The notes below the pieces were generated by a model. That model saw only the letters and a program-made list of their open reading frames with translations. It ran no database searches and was not told where the DNA came from. From Octopus vulgaris (taxonomy: Eukaryota), in assembly GCA_951406725.2 (NCBI GenBank), contig OX597827.1, forward strand, positions 30,628,001 to 30,692,000: 64,000 nt of DNA, in the 5' to 3' direction. Numbering within the stretch: the first letter of the stretch is position 1; each line of letters begins with the position of its first letter. This document shows, piece by piece, positions 46,023 through 58,949 of the stretch. Both the position numbers and the translations under genes were made by a program.

Positions 46023-46319
46023 GTGTGTGTGCGAGCAAGTGGTAAACATTATAATATGGTAAACATGTCATTTTACATGTGAAGGAAATCAAAGTTGGTT
46101 TTGAGTGATAGGTATGTTATACATCACAAGAGCCATGGAATTCACATAGCTGCAAATATAAGCTTTGTAACTAAAAATAATTTTCTAGCAATTTTGACAG
46201 GGGAAAAAAGAAATGGCCAACAGGAACACAGTAATAGTGATAGCTGCCAAAATAATAGAGGATTGTGATTATATGTGAGTGTATATATATATATGTGTAT
46301 GTGTGTGTATATATATATA

Positions 46320-46379
<60 letters not shown>

Positions 46380-46725
46380 CACCTACCTGCACATACATAC
46401 AGAGGGATACACAGACATACATATATATATGTATGTACATACAAAGAGATAGATTTAAGATAAGTTAAAAAAATACGATATTAATATATATATATATATA
46501 ATATATAAGGAGAAAATAGAAAGGAGTGGAGAAGGGTGGTGATAGTGGTTGTTGGTAGGGAAGTGGTAGTTGGTGTTAGCAGGCTTTTTACCATTCATAT
46601 GCAGCAGCAGCAGACGTATGGCTTGACCAGACAGGCACATGTGTTTTTTGTTTGTTTGTCTGTTGAGAACAGGAGGTTGGAAAAAAAGAGAAAAAGGTGA
46701 AATATATATATATGTATTGTGTGTG

Positions 46726-46788
<63 letters not shown>

Positions 46789-46940
46789 TTCAGAGGGAAT
46801 CTGTAATGAGAGCTGGGACAGAAAACAAAAAAAATGAAACAAATTCATGATGCCAACAGCGAGCATGATTTTGAAAGTGCGGAATGAAATAAATACATAA
46901 ATAAATAGTGATGATAATAATAATAATAATGATAATAATA

Positions 46941-47155
46941 ATCCTTTCTACTTTAGGCACAAGGCCTGACATTTGTGGGGCAGGGGATAGTCGATTACAC
47001 TGACCCCAGTACTTGATTGGTTCTTAATTTATCTACCCCGAAAGGATGAAAGGCAAAGTCGATCTCAGTGGAATTTGAACTCAGAACATAGCAACAGGTG
47101 AAATACTGTTAAGCATTTCATCCAGCCCTGTAATGGTTCTGCCAGCTCACTGCCT
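46941..47155 (-). mobile_element. SINE family A within (TAA)n
   Basis: Full-length match with taa arrays on both sides. Confidence 0.88.
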
Positions 47156-47866
47156 TATATAAATAATAATAATAATAATAATAATAATCAATAACAAATG
47201 ATATAATAGAATAATTCTGACAATAACGATATATGAAGTATGGTGATAGTGGCAGTAGTTAATGAGTTCTATGCTTAGGCACAAGGCCACGTGATTTTTC
47301 TTGAGATGTGGGGGTGGGTAGAAAAAAAAGGTGGGGTATATGACCAACACCCACTCCTCAGCTACCCCAGTATTTTACCGGCACTTTTAAGTACTTTATT
47401 TTACCAACACATCTCAAATGTCATGAGAAGGATGAAGGGGGTGCTGGTGGTGTGTGAAGGAGGTGATTGTGAAGATGATAAGTCACCCCCCTTAGCTCCC
47501 ACTTCTGCCGTCTTCACTGGTGGTAAGGATTTTAACTGAGAATGTAAGAGACACAACTTATACCCGTCTTTTTTTTCTATTTTTTTTTTTGGTGAAGGAA
47601 GGTGCCCCATCGTGCTACTGATTCCCCTCCCCTTAAATAATAATATAACAAGCTCCCCCCTCACTTCGCATACGTAAAACAATGCAATTAGCCTTCTGCA
47701 GAGTTATCTTACCATTGTACATTTATATATATATATATATATATGTCTTCTCTTTACATACACATCTGTACATGTGTTTGTGTGTTTGTATGGGTGTATT
47801 TGTTGTTGTTGTTGTGATGGTGTTTGTTGTTGCTGGGCCAACCAAGAGTGTTTTGAGCAAATTGGA

Positions 47867-47928
<62 letters not shown>

Positions 47929-48178
47929 GTTATAAATTTCAAAGACATACAAAAAAAAAAAAATACATGTCAACGAAAATAGATTAGCATTCTTTCAAAC
48001 ATTTCTAGACTCTGAATAATAAATAGAAATAAATACTTTTTCATTAGAGAAGCCACGACTTTGGTTTTAAAGCATTGTCTAGTTCATAGTTTGGCTAGTT
48101 TGTTTTTTTGGTTTTGATAGTGTGAACAGTGCTTTTGTATGGGTTTGTATAATATACATATTTATATACACACATACC

Positions 48179-48242
<64 letters not shown>

Positions 48243-48472
48243 TATATATAATATTTACATATATATACACACATACACATATATGATATATATATATATT
48301 TGCACATACATGTGTATTTTATATATCTATATATATCTATCTATATATATAAGCAATTAAGATTCAAGTCAATTCTAATGAATTCACTTGAATGCGGTAC
48401 TTAACTTAGATGCACCAGAAAACTATATGGTGTTAACCAATACAGTAGTGTGGGGTGATTATAAACGAGAAA

Positions 48473-48514
<42 letters not shown>

Positions 48515-48516
<2 letters not shown>

Positions 48517-48753
48517 TCATCATCATTTAGCGTCCGTTTTCCATGCTAGCATGGGTTGGACGGTTCTACTGGGGTCTGTGAAGCCAGAAGGCTTCATCAG
48601 GCCCAGTCAAATCTGGCAGTGTTTCTACGGCTGGATGCCCTTCCTAACGCCAACCACTCCGTGAGTGTAGTGGGTGCTTTTTACGTGCCACCCGCACTGG
48701 TGCCAGACAGAGCTGGCAAACGGCCACGAACGGATGGTGCTTTTTATGTGCCA
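48515..48753 (-). mobile_element. 3'UTR fragment of a young RTE LINE within (TA)n
   Basis: Near-identical reverse complement of 58528-58780. (gat)n tail. Confidence 0.92.
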
Positions 48754-48773
48754 ATATATATATATATATAAAT

Positions 48774-48900
<127 letters not shown>

Positions 48901-49356
48901 CGTATAGATATGCACAAATGTACATAAATGTAGGCATGTATATGCATACATAAATATACATGTATATATATATATATATATTTAAGTGCACATATGTATG
49001 AGTATTATGTGTGTGTGTGTAAGAGTATTTATATAGTTTGAGGTTTTATTTCTTTGTGTGTGTGTGCATCTTTGTGTGATGTAATGATGTTGATTGCAAC
49101 ACAAATGCAACTGTGACTTGTGACTATCAAAAGCATCATTAATGTCTTGTCTTGTAGCGTTGGTGCAAAAAAAATGATACCAAATCAAGTAATCGCAATA
49201 ATGATGCCAGACTTTATCATGAAATTAAGTTCAGAATGTTACAAATGTTGCCACTATGAAGCTCTTTCCCCACTCATTAGCGAGGGCAATGCTTTTACCA
49301 AACAGTTCCATTTAAATTATCTTCTCTGTTTTAATATTTATATTTATATATATATA

Positions 49357-49394
<38 letters not shown>

Positions 49395-50705
49395 TAGGAT
49401 ATAATATATTCATTAATGCACATATTTTTTTTCTTTTTACACAGCACTATTTTTGTGAAATCCAACCAAAACCTGCAAGTTTTAAATACGTCATGCCACG
49501 TTTAGATTGGCAAGTTCCAGAGGCAGAGTGTAAGATATATTTTTAGTTGTTGTAAAGAGCCAACATTTGATGGCTCTGGTCACCTGAGCTTTGACAAAAC
49601 ATACAGCTGGATATAATAATTATGATGGTACATGATTAATTAGCATAGCTCTGTAGAAAGTAATGAATTAGACTTATAAATTTTTTCTCATCCAAGCTAA
49701 ACCATGTCATCATATCTTAAATGTTATATTTATTTATTTTGTTTTGGGGTGGCTAGAATACCAAAAGGAACTATTTTTACTGACATCAATCAATACAACT
49801 TGGTGCTGACATATAAAAAATAAATATTTTTTTTAGTTATATTTTTTTGAGGGATTATTATTTTTTAAAATTTTTTTTTCCACATAATTTTGTTTTCAAT
49901 TTTACATCATTGCTTTGGCTTTCAAAAGTCAACCTGCAGTTTTGTTGAGCATTTTTTTTTCCAGACTAGCATTTTTTCTTCCTCAACACTGGTTCATATG
50001 TTGCAAAAAAAAAAGATGCCGACCATTAAAAAAAGAACTAAAAAAAAAAACTGGACCCCTTCTTCCCCTGAAATACCCAACAATCAAAGAAAGCAGAACA
50101 GACACTGGTGCAGAGAAAGATAGGTTCCCATGATGCTAATGCTAAAGTGGGGGTGGGGGTGGTGAAGGTGGCAATGATGCACTCTTGAAAAATTCCAGCA
50201 GAATAATTTTTAAAACTGTGTCCAAGCAAAAAATTATATATATATATATTGATTTTGTGACCAGCTGGAGTGTGACTGGTGCCAAAACAATTCCAAGTAG
50301 ATTTGACCATTCTTCGTGGGAACAGCCACTAACACATGCTGCATACACACTGCTCAGCCATGCACACAAACACATGGTATACATGAAGTAAAGACAGATG
50401 GTAAAGAAAGACCCCTTTTTTTTCTCTTATTTTTTCTTTTCAAGCAGCAATAACTCGACGTTTTAAGTCGTTGCCGATTTCCTTATGAAAGTTCAAAGCT
50501 TTTTTTCTTTTTCTTTTACAGTTTTTTCCTCAATATTTTCTTTTTATTTGTTGAATATTTTATTAAATTATTATTTGAAATAAATAATTGCTGTTTTCTT
50601 TTATTTTGTTTTAATTTAAATTAATTTTAATTTAGTTTTAATATCATATCATTTTTATCAATTTTTTTGTCGGATTCTTCACCTATGTACCACCCCTTCG
50701 AGGTT

Positions 50706-52678
50706 TCAATTAATAAACAAAAAACTGCTCCCTAATGAATTCATCCCATTCGGTCTGTGCAGGGCTCCAGCAAGGAAGTTAGCATCTTGAGCAAATGTAT
50801 TAGATTTGCTCTGCACTTTATGCTGCAGTTTGCGCAGGAGTTCTGAGGCTGGTGTGCTCAGAGCAAAGCTACTGCTAAAAAGATTCATACCAGATGCATC
50901 ATATTGAGGAGGCAGTCCATTGCCATATTGTTGCAGCCAAACCGAATTCAGTGGTTTGCTGTCATTTTTACCATTATTCTTAGAATTACTGCCACTGCTG
51001 CTGTTGCTGTTGGATTTTTCAGTTTTTATAGAATTGTTGCTACTGTTGGAGATGATGTTTTTGGGGACGCCACTGCTGCTGCTGCTGTTGCTGCCACCAG
51101 TATTGGTACTGCTAGCAGAACCTGCAACAGTGGAGCCAACCCCACTGCTACCTGCACCAACTGCTGTGCTAACCCCGGAGCCAACAGATATGGGATTTGT
51201 GATGCTTGAGTCCTCAGAGGATGTGTTGTTGTTGATGACAATATTATTATTATTATTATTACTGTTGCTGTTGTTATTATTGTTATTGTTGTTGTTGCTG
51301 CTGTTGTTGTTGTTGTTAGCTTCGTTTTGTAATTGAGATTCTTTGATTTTCTTCTGTCGCAGTAGATGCCTCTCTTTAACCTTATACTCCAATGTAGAGT
51401 GTGGCACACCATAGTAGCTGCCTGCACGATGCACACTCATTTCTCCACGCTGAACAGCACGTACGGCTTCCATTAACAGTTGACTGTTGTATTTGCGATA
51501 TTGGCCACGCTTGGGGCGGGTTTTTTTCACAGGTTTGGAATTGTCAATAGCACTTTCTGTTGCTTTTTTATCTAGGCTCACAGATCTCTTCATTTTCTTG
51601 CTGGCTACCATAGAAGAAACATTGGATCCTGATGAAGAATATGTCTTGCAGTTGCTGTTATTGTTGTTGCTGTTGTTGTTACCAGGATGGTTCTCATCCT
51701 GTGTGCTACTGAAGCTATCCCCTTGATGCTTACGCTTGTAAACCTTTTCTGAAATAGTCTTCACAATGATGTCTTTGAGGGCATCACCGATCTTCATGCT
51801 GTCATAAGGCCGTTCCTCAACTCCACCAGTACTGTCTGTGTTGCTGTTGTTGTTGTTATGGTTATTGTTGTTGTTTTGTGTTTTTGCAGGCCGGTAGGAC
51901 GGAATTTTCAAGGACATAAGTCTGTAACTGGGATTCGGTTCCACAGTTTGGGTGCTGGAGCAGTTACTCATGGACTGCTGTTGCCGCTGCTGTCGCTGAT
52001 GATGGCGGTTTGCCTCATGTGGTTGACGAAGAATTTCTAAGGCAACTGGTGACTTTGTGTTTGAGGATTTATGCTCACTAAGGAGACGCTGCTCGGTCAT
52101 TTTACGCACCAGTTCATGCAACAGAGGCAATTTGAAATCAGTGTTCAGTGCACTATTATCATTGTTATTATTATTATTATTACTATTATTATTATTAGTA
52201 GCAGTAGTAGTAGGAGGAGTAGTAGTAGTTGTAATATTAGTAGTGGTATTAGGGTTAATATTATTAATATGGTTATTTGTAGTACCAACTAGAGAAGGCA
52301 GTTTCTCATATTTTACATCTGCTGAGGCGCCATTAAGGTTGTGCTTACGTCGGATCTGATCAAGCTTCTTTTCCCAGTCATCTTCGGAGTGTAGCAGAAA
52401 GTCACGTGAATTCGAAAGGCTGTTCATCACCACAGGAGGGAGCAACAAACTATAAGGAGACAAACGGTTGGGATCTGTTGGAATGGGAGTTGCTGCTATT
52501 GTCGCTGTTGATGATGATGTTGACATAGTAGACATACGTTGCACACTGTTATTATTACTATTATTATTATTATTATTATTATTGTTATTATTATTATTAT
52601 TATTATTAATATTTGCACTCTCAGAATGCTGACTATCTTCACTGCATTCAAGTTCCATGTTTAATACACCTGACTGTT

Positions 52679-52709
<31 letters not shown>

Positions 52710-52917
52710 TTGCTGTTGTTGCTGCTGATGTTTTTGCTGTTGTTCTGTTTCCATTTTGAAAATTTTATTACGAAGAGTAGAACGTGGAATGCCGTAGAGC
52801 ACAGCAGCTCTGCGTGTACCAAGTTTTCCACTGCGGATTTCAAAGACTGCGTTCACCAATTCCTCTTCTGTATAAGCTTTCTTTCCATTCTGAAGGTGAC
52901 TGTCCTTTTTGCATTTC
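50706..52917 (-). CDS. E93: Last coding exon of an E93/Eip93F/Mblk-1/LCoR-like pipsqueak HTH transcription factor
   Basis: Two Psq HTH domains: AYTEEELVNAVFEIRSGKLGTRRAAVLYGIPRSTLRNKI and RPKRGQYRKYNSQLLMEAVRAVQRGEMSVHRAGSYYGVPHSTLEYKVKERHLLR, the pattern of insect E93/Mblk-1. Acceptor tttattcgtatatttcAG ends at 52918 (phase 2). Stop at 50706. PolyQ/N/T/S linkers. Confidence 0.93.
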
Positions 52918-53019
52918 CTGAAATATACGAATAAACAAGGCATTATTGGCCATAAAGACTACATCTTAAATATCTATAATTTGTATGAAATTATACAGCA
53001 AATACTTTTAAAACTATTA

Positions 53020-53610
53020 ACTTCTTTTATTTGTTTCAGCCATTAGACTGTGGCCATGCTGGGGCACTGCTTTGAAGAATTTTAGTCAAATGAATCGACC
53101 CCAATACTTATTTGTTTTAACCCATTCATTACCAACCAGGCTGAAACCAGCTCTGGCTCTGAGTACAAATGTTTTGCTTTCATAAGTTTTGAATTAAAAT
53201 CTTCCACCAGACCTTTTAGTCACAATTTATGTTCCTGACACTAGCTGAATGATAATTAAGTTATTTTATAAAATCCTTTGTTGTATTTGAAGTAATTGAA
53301 AGAAACACAGAGCATCTCAAAATAAATACAGTAACGAAAGGGTTAAAGCCTGGTACTTATTCTATTGGTCTCTTTTGCTGAACTGCTAAGTTACAGGGAT
53401 GTAACCACAACAACACACGTTGTCAAGTGGTTTTGGTGGACAAACAGACACAAACAGACAGACAGACACACACACGGCAAGCTTCTTTCAGTTTCCATCT
53501 ACCAAGTCCACTCACAAGGCATTGGTCAGCCTGAAGCTATAGTGGAAGACACTTTCTCAAGGTTCCACACAGTGGGACTGAACCTGGAACCTTGGGATTA
53601 GGAAGCAAAA
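53020..53610 (-). mobile_element. Family B SINE interrupted by a piggyBac MITE
   Basis: Tail at 53020-53116 and body at 53347-53610. Confidence 0.8.
53121..53342. mobile_element. piggyBac MITE
   Basis: TTAA|cccattcattac ... gtaacgaaaggg|TTAA. Confidence 0.88.
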
Positions 53611-54174
53611 TGTATTCAACAGCTACTGGATCAAACTATGCTACAACAGTGTTTTATCCTGTTTACTGTGCATGCACTTTTTGACTTTCATTGCTACCTT
53701 TCTTTACTTGACTTATTGCTGGACATCTCTGTTCTGCCCCTTTTTTCACCCTTTCTCTGATGAGTTTTAGTGCACCCAAACACAATAAACTCAGTACTGT
53801 TAAAAAATAATTACAGTTGTTGGAACTACTAGACCATATGATTTCAGCCTTTCTTGGTCTTAGCAGAGACAGATATCCAGCTAGACATAGTAGCTGATTC
53901 CCCACCATCAGTGATATATAGAATCAGTGTTTATTCAGACAATGGTATCCCAAATGGCCAGTGGGATTATAAAGGAATGGTTAATAGTGACAAAGGTAGT
54001 ATTAATACCAATATGTAATATTTATCTCCCACTTAAAAGTGGATGTTGTGTTAGACCACAGAATGCTGTCTTATTTACCATGAGAGAACCTCTCATATGG
54101 ATGTGTGGTGCATAAAAGCACTCTTGTTTATACTGCTGATGGGCGAGAACTGTTGGTGAGGCTCAAAGTAGATA

Positions 54175-54457
54175 AAGTAATATTCAGAGCCGCTTCAAAG
54201 TGGCTTTCTATTTGAATGAGCTTTGCTGTGATTTCTTAACCCCTAGCTGGTTAAAGATGCATACCTGCATCCAATTAACTGCGAGCAGAGGAGCGAACCC
54301 CTAGGGGTTTGTTCCCCTCTTAAGACACGTCAGGAAGCCCAGATACACTTTCATGCAGCTCTGCATGAGCTAGAGGAGATGTCCTCTCGGGGTTAAGAAA
54401 TCACAGTAAAGCCTGTTCAAACAGACAGCCATGTTGAAGTGGCTGTGAATATTACTT
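54175..54457. mobile_element. Foldback MITE with TIRs of about 70 bp
   Basis: aagtaatattca...gctgtgatttcttaacccc / ggggttaagaaatcacagt...tgaatattactt. Central hairpin aacccctaggggtt. Confidence 0.85.
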
Positions 54458-54669
54458 GTCAGTACAATTACTGTGTTGATCCCTTTGAAAGACTTTAAAA
54501 GTAGATAAAGCTATAAATAAAAGTATTTTGAATGTATTGGGTTAAAGCACCCCTTAGACAAGAAAAAGTTGAAGGCTGTCCGTCGGGCTTGAATTCACAA
54601 ATCCAGTAAATATAACAGAAGTTTTATCATTCCAGTTTTTGAAGGGTTGTTTTGGTATAATAAAAATAA

Positions 54670-54918
54670 ATGCACCCTTTTAAAGCCTAACCAGGTTCAT
54701 GGGCCTGGTTTCCCGGTTTCAATGGCGTATGTGTTCCCCAGCTGGACGAGACGCCAGTCTATTGCAGCGTTACTCATTTTTGCCAGCTGAGTGGACTGGA
54801 GCAACGTGAAATGAAGTGTTTTACTCAAGAACACAATGCGTCGCCCAGTCCAGGAATCGAAACCACAATCTTATGATCACGATGCAGACACCCTAACCAC
54901 TAAGCCATGTGCCTCCAC
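54670..54918 (-). mobile_element. tRNA-derived SINE (family C head, different tail)
   Basis: Minus strand tggcttagtggttagggtg...ggtttcgattcc, then ttgctccagtccactcagctggcaaaa. Confidence 0.85.
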
Positions 54919-55333
54919 GTTGTTTTGGTATAATGATAGAAAATGTATCAGGTTTGCAGGAAATATGGGTTTGTGTCCTAAGGACAATCTGCAACTTTTT
55001 TGCCATCCAAGGGACTTTTTAATCCAGTATTCTACATGTTATTATTTACAGCAATATTCGTTTTGTGTTGAGGTCAGGTTAGGAGTGTGTGTGGAAGGGG
55101 TACATGTGGTGTTGCTGCACATTGCTTCTATTCATTATTTGTCAGTCTATGTTCCCAGGCCCTCCTGGGCGACCCAATGAGCAGACTCTCAATCAATCCC
55201 CATCTCCCATTACCATGTGCACGTGGTCATCCAACATGAGCTGTTAACTCTGCCAGATCCTCACTTTGGGTTCCACCATTAAAAAATGATTTACTTCAAT
55301 TCTCTTCAAGTTTTTCAATTTTCATAACGTAAA

Positions 55334-55367
<34 letters not shown>

Positions 55368-55369
55368 GA

Positions 55370-55556
55370 GGGGGTTAGATGACACGTTGGACAAAATCCC
55401 ACTTAATATTTTGTCCATCGATATGTTCTGAGTTCAAATTCTGACAAGATCAACCTTATCTTTCATCCCTTTGGATAAGTACCAGTTGACCACTGGGCTG
55501 ATGTAAACGACTTACTCTCTACCCCAAAATTGCTGGCCTTGTACCAAATCTGAAAC

Positions 55557-55560
<4 letters not shown>
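55370..55560 (+). mobile_element. Degenerate family A SINE between (ATT)n arrays
   Basis: gttctgagttcaaattctg...ggccttgtacc. Confidence 0.75.
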
Positions 55561-55616
<56 letters not shown>

Positions 55617-55637
55617 CATCATTATCATTATTATTAT

Positions 55638-55945
55638 CTTAAAACTCACAGCTTATTTTGCTGGGTATGATGGAAAGTGTCAGCTGTCCACAGCCAGCAG
55701 ACTAAGATGACACTTGTTTTACTGGTCATGTTTCAAGAATCCTGTAAAGAATTCTTGCAGTTCCAAGCAATGCTGATTTTTGTAGGTGTTCTACCTTCAC
55801 ACTTGCACCGATCTTTTTCAGCCATGTTGGTAGTTGAGTGCTGATACTTCCAAGTGCACCAATTACTATTGGTATCATGTTTACTCTCTTCATTGACCAC
55901 CAACCTTCGTATTTCCCATTTTAAATCGTTGTAGTTGTTTAATTT
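55638..55945 (-). mobile_element. 3' end of an R4/Dong-clade retrotransposon in (TAA)n
   Basis: Minus strand YNDLKWEIRRL/WSMKRVNMIPIVIGALGSISTQLPTWLKKIG...LQKSALLGTARILYRILET*, typical of the C-terminus of restriction-like-endonuclease elements. Confidence 0.88.
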
Positions 55946-56289
55946 AAATCCTCATAGTTGTTAATTAAATCGACCATTATTGTTGTTATTATTATCATTA
56001 TTATTATTATTATTATTATTATTTCATCCAAAATTCAAGTGTATATACTAAAAAGTTACTAAATATAAAAAAGACTGAGTAAATTTTAGTTCTTTTATTT
56101 CTTTGACTGGTTACACAAAATCCTGCTCCAGTACCTATTTTATTGCGATCAGAAGGGTGAAATCAAAATATACCTGGGTAGGATTTGAACTCAGGACATA
56201 AAATGTAACCAACTGCCATGAGGTATTTGATCTGATACTCCAGTAGTTATAAAAGTTATAGTTTTTATATTTCAAAATATATTGCTTAC

Positions 56290-56497
56290 CCTGCCTGCAT
56301 TGTAATGTGTGGTATCTTTAATTCGACATGTGGTTTGGTTACTAAATCTAATTCCCAAGCACTGCCTGGAGAGGGCACATTGTCCAGACTACAACCATTA
56401 GAGCTGAGGTCAAGTGGCTGCTGGGAGGAGTCCTGTTGTGCAGCTTGGGTATAGTACTGTGGGCAATATTGTAGAAGATCTGGTGTGCATTTGAACC
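56290..56497 (-). CDS. E93: Upstream internal coding exon of the same E93/LCoR-like gene (absent from the ORF track)
   Basis: Polypyrimidine tract plus AG at 56499-56498 and donor GTAAG from 56289. The 208 nt read FKCTPDLLQYCPQYYTQAAQQDSSQQPLDLSSNG...KIPHITMQA without stops and include the PLDLS CtBP motif. The phase-2 end joins the next exon in frame (GG|G then KCKK). Confidence 0.88.
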
Positions 56498-56917
56498 CTT
56501 CAAATATAAAAAAAAGAAGAAAAATAAGTAAAACTATAGTATATTACAAAAAAAAAATAATAATAACATACAATAAATTAAAAAATATTCAGTCAAAATG
56601 AATTGAATATGTTATTGAACTGTAAACAGTTTGTTTGCATTGAAACAAACAAACAAACAAACATACAAAACATACATACAAACAAACAAACAAACAAAAA
56701 CACCCTGTTGTTGATGTTGAAATTCCAATGAAGGAGCCTTCGATCTAGGTTAGAAACCAGTTCTTTCTCTATTGGCAAAAAATCTTGAAATAAAACTGAA
56801 TAATGAAATACTTACATACATACATAAAAAGAAAAACCACTAGTTTTAAATCTCTGAGCAAGAAATATGTAGTAACAGTACCGTACAGCAAAGTCTATTA
56901 TATATATATATATATAT

Positions 56918-57060
56918 CATCATCATCATCACCAATTAACATCCGCTTTCCATGCTAGCATGGGTTGGACGGTTCAACTGGGGTCTGTGAAGCCAGAAGG
57001 CTGCTTCAGGCCCAGTCTGATCTGGCAGTGTTTCTACGGCTGGATGCCCTTCCTAACGCC
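56918..57060 (-). mobile_element. RTE 3'UTR fragment within (TA)n
   Basis: ttccatgctagcatgggttggacgg...gcccttcctaacgcc. Confidence 0.88.
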
Positions 57061-57099
57061 ATATATATATATATATATATATATAAGTTAATCTAAATA

Positions 57100-57282
57100 T
57101 GAAAACACAACAACGTGAGGACGTGGAACAAGTATAAGTATTATTGGACGCTCAAGAAGGAAGGGAAGAAGGAAGATTTAACGTTTCGAGCAGAGCTCTT
57201 CGTCAGAAACATAGAAAAAGGAAAGATCAAAAGAAGGGAAGACAGAGGGGAAAAAATCGCCAATGATACATACGCGGTCACA
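57100..57282 (-). mobile_element. Penelope-type terminal repeat with a minimal hammerhead ribozyme motif
   Basis: Minus strand 57210-57177: gttt-CTGACGA-a-gagc-tct-gctc-GAAA-cg-TT-aaa. Confidence 0.75.
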
Positions 57283-57559
57283 TATATACACATGCACACA
57301 CGCATATACACACAAAGTCATATTGTTTACTGTTCCTTTTTAGGTAGGGACAACAAAAAAAAGGACTCCATCCAGTGAGACATAGATATCCTTTAAAACA
57401 GACAGTATCTGAATATGACATGATAATAATTTCATGTTGTGGCAGCACAGTAATTTGGTTGATTTATATATCTTGTGCCCCACAAGCAATAATTAGGGAC
57501 ACAAGGTACATTATATATACATATAGCTGTCCACATTAATTTTATATATATATATATTT

Positions 57560-57716
57560 TTTTCTCTCCTTGTTTTTTCTGCGTCCCTTTCTGTAGAAGA
57601 GCATAGGCTCGAAACGTAAAAGACTTTTTCTATTCCTGAGCGTTATACTAATTACTAATACATCTGTTTGTTTTGTACACCACCTGTCTTCATCTTTTGT
57701 TTTTTTCGTAAACTCT

Positions 57717-57720
<4 letters not shown>
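57560..57720 (+). mobile_element. Second Penelope-type repeat with a variant hammerhead motif
   Basis: cttt-CTGTAGA-a-gagc-atag-gctc-GAAA-cg-TA-aaag. Confidence 0.65.
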
Positions 57721-57755
<35 letters not shown>

Positions 57756-57761
<6 letters not shown>

Positions 57762-58780
57762 GTGTAATGCCGGTGGATGTGTAATGCCGGTTGGATGTGT
57801 AATGCCGGTTGGATGTGTAATGCCGGTTGGATGTGTAATGCCGGTTGGATGTGTAATGCCGGTACTCACACTCGGCAGAGTGTAAGTACCTTGAGAGAAA
57901 AGCTGGACCTAAGAAGCATCAGTTGTGGTGTGCAAGAGAGACGTTTGCGCTGGTATGGTCATGTGGCGAGAATGGATGAAGATAGTTGTGTGAAAAAGTG
58001 CCACACCCTAGCGGTTGAGGGAACCTGTGGAAGAGGCAGACCCAGGAAAACTTGGGACGAGGTGGTGAAGCACGACCTTCGAACTTTAGGTCTCACTGAG
58101 GAAATGACTAGAGACCGAGACCTCTGGAAGTGTGCTGTGCGCGAGAAGACCCGGCAGGACAAGTGAGTCCATAACCCGTGGCCTTCTACATGGGATGGAG
58201 CCGGCCTACGTATGCATACCTTCCCTTCTTGGGACACAAAACTCTACTTGTGAAGACGTGTTGAGGCAAGTGAGGATCAGAATCAAAATCGATCAATGGA
58301 AATTGCGGATGTGCTACCAGTGCCGGTGGCATGTCAAAACTCTGCTTGTGAAGACCCGTTGAGGCAAGTGAGGATCAGAATTGAAATCGATCAATGGAAA
58401 TCGATCAATGAAAATTGCAGATGTGTTACCAGTGCTGGTGGCATGTAAGAGAACTTTCCGTTTCGCGACCGTTGCCAGCACCGCCCCGTTTCGTGTCCGT
58501 TGCCAGCCTCGCCTGGCCCTCGTGCCGGTGGCACATAAAAAGCACCATCCGTTCGTGGCCGTTTGCCAGCTCTGTCTGGCACCAGTGCGGGTGGCACGTA
58601 AAAAGCACCCACTACACTCACGGAGTGGTTGGCGTTAGGAAGGGCATCCAGCCGTAGAAACACTGCCAGATTTGACTGGGCCTGATGAAGCCTTCTGGCT
58701 TCACAGACCCCAGTAGAACCGTCCAACCCATGCTAGCATGGAAAACGGACGCTAAACGATGATGATGATGATGATGATGA
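57756..58780 (+). mobile_element. 5'-truncated RTE-clade LINE in the E93 intron
   Basis: RRLRWYGHVARM...GRGRPRKTWDEVVKHDL...RDRDLW. Stop at 58166, long 3'UTR, (gat)n tail, TA flanks. Confidence 0.93.
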
Positions 58781-58949
58781 TATATATGTATATATATATA
58801 TACGCACACACAAAGTATGGGGGTTTAATTCACAAGTGATCTAAATGATTAGGTACGATAGGTAAGTACTGTAATGGATTACTAGGGCTGCAAGGTTATA
58901 GCTGAGACGGTAGGTACGGAGTCATTGCAGATTTCTGATGCAGCAGATA

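Noticed and set aside
50904-52934. Plus-strand poly-Leu membrane-like ORFs (also 12873-13253 and 27495-27758)
   Set aside because: Antisense shadows of low-complexity or helical coding sequence.
52918-52943. MPCLFVYF as the start of the 745-aa protein
   Set aside because: It is the intron polypyrimidine tract and acceptor; an in-frame upstream exon exists.
57756-57863. CRISPR-like array
   Set aside because: No spacers; eukaryotic context; the unit is part of the RTE ORF.
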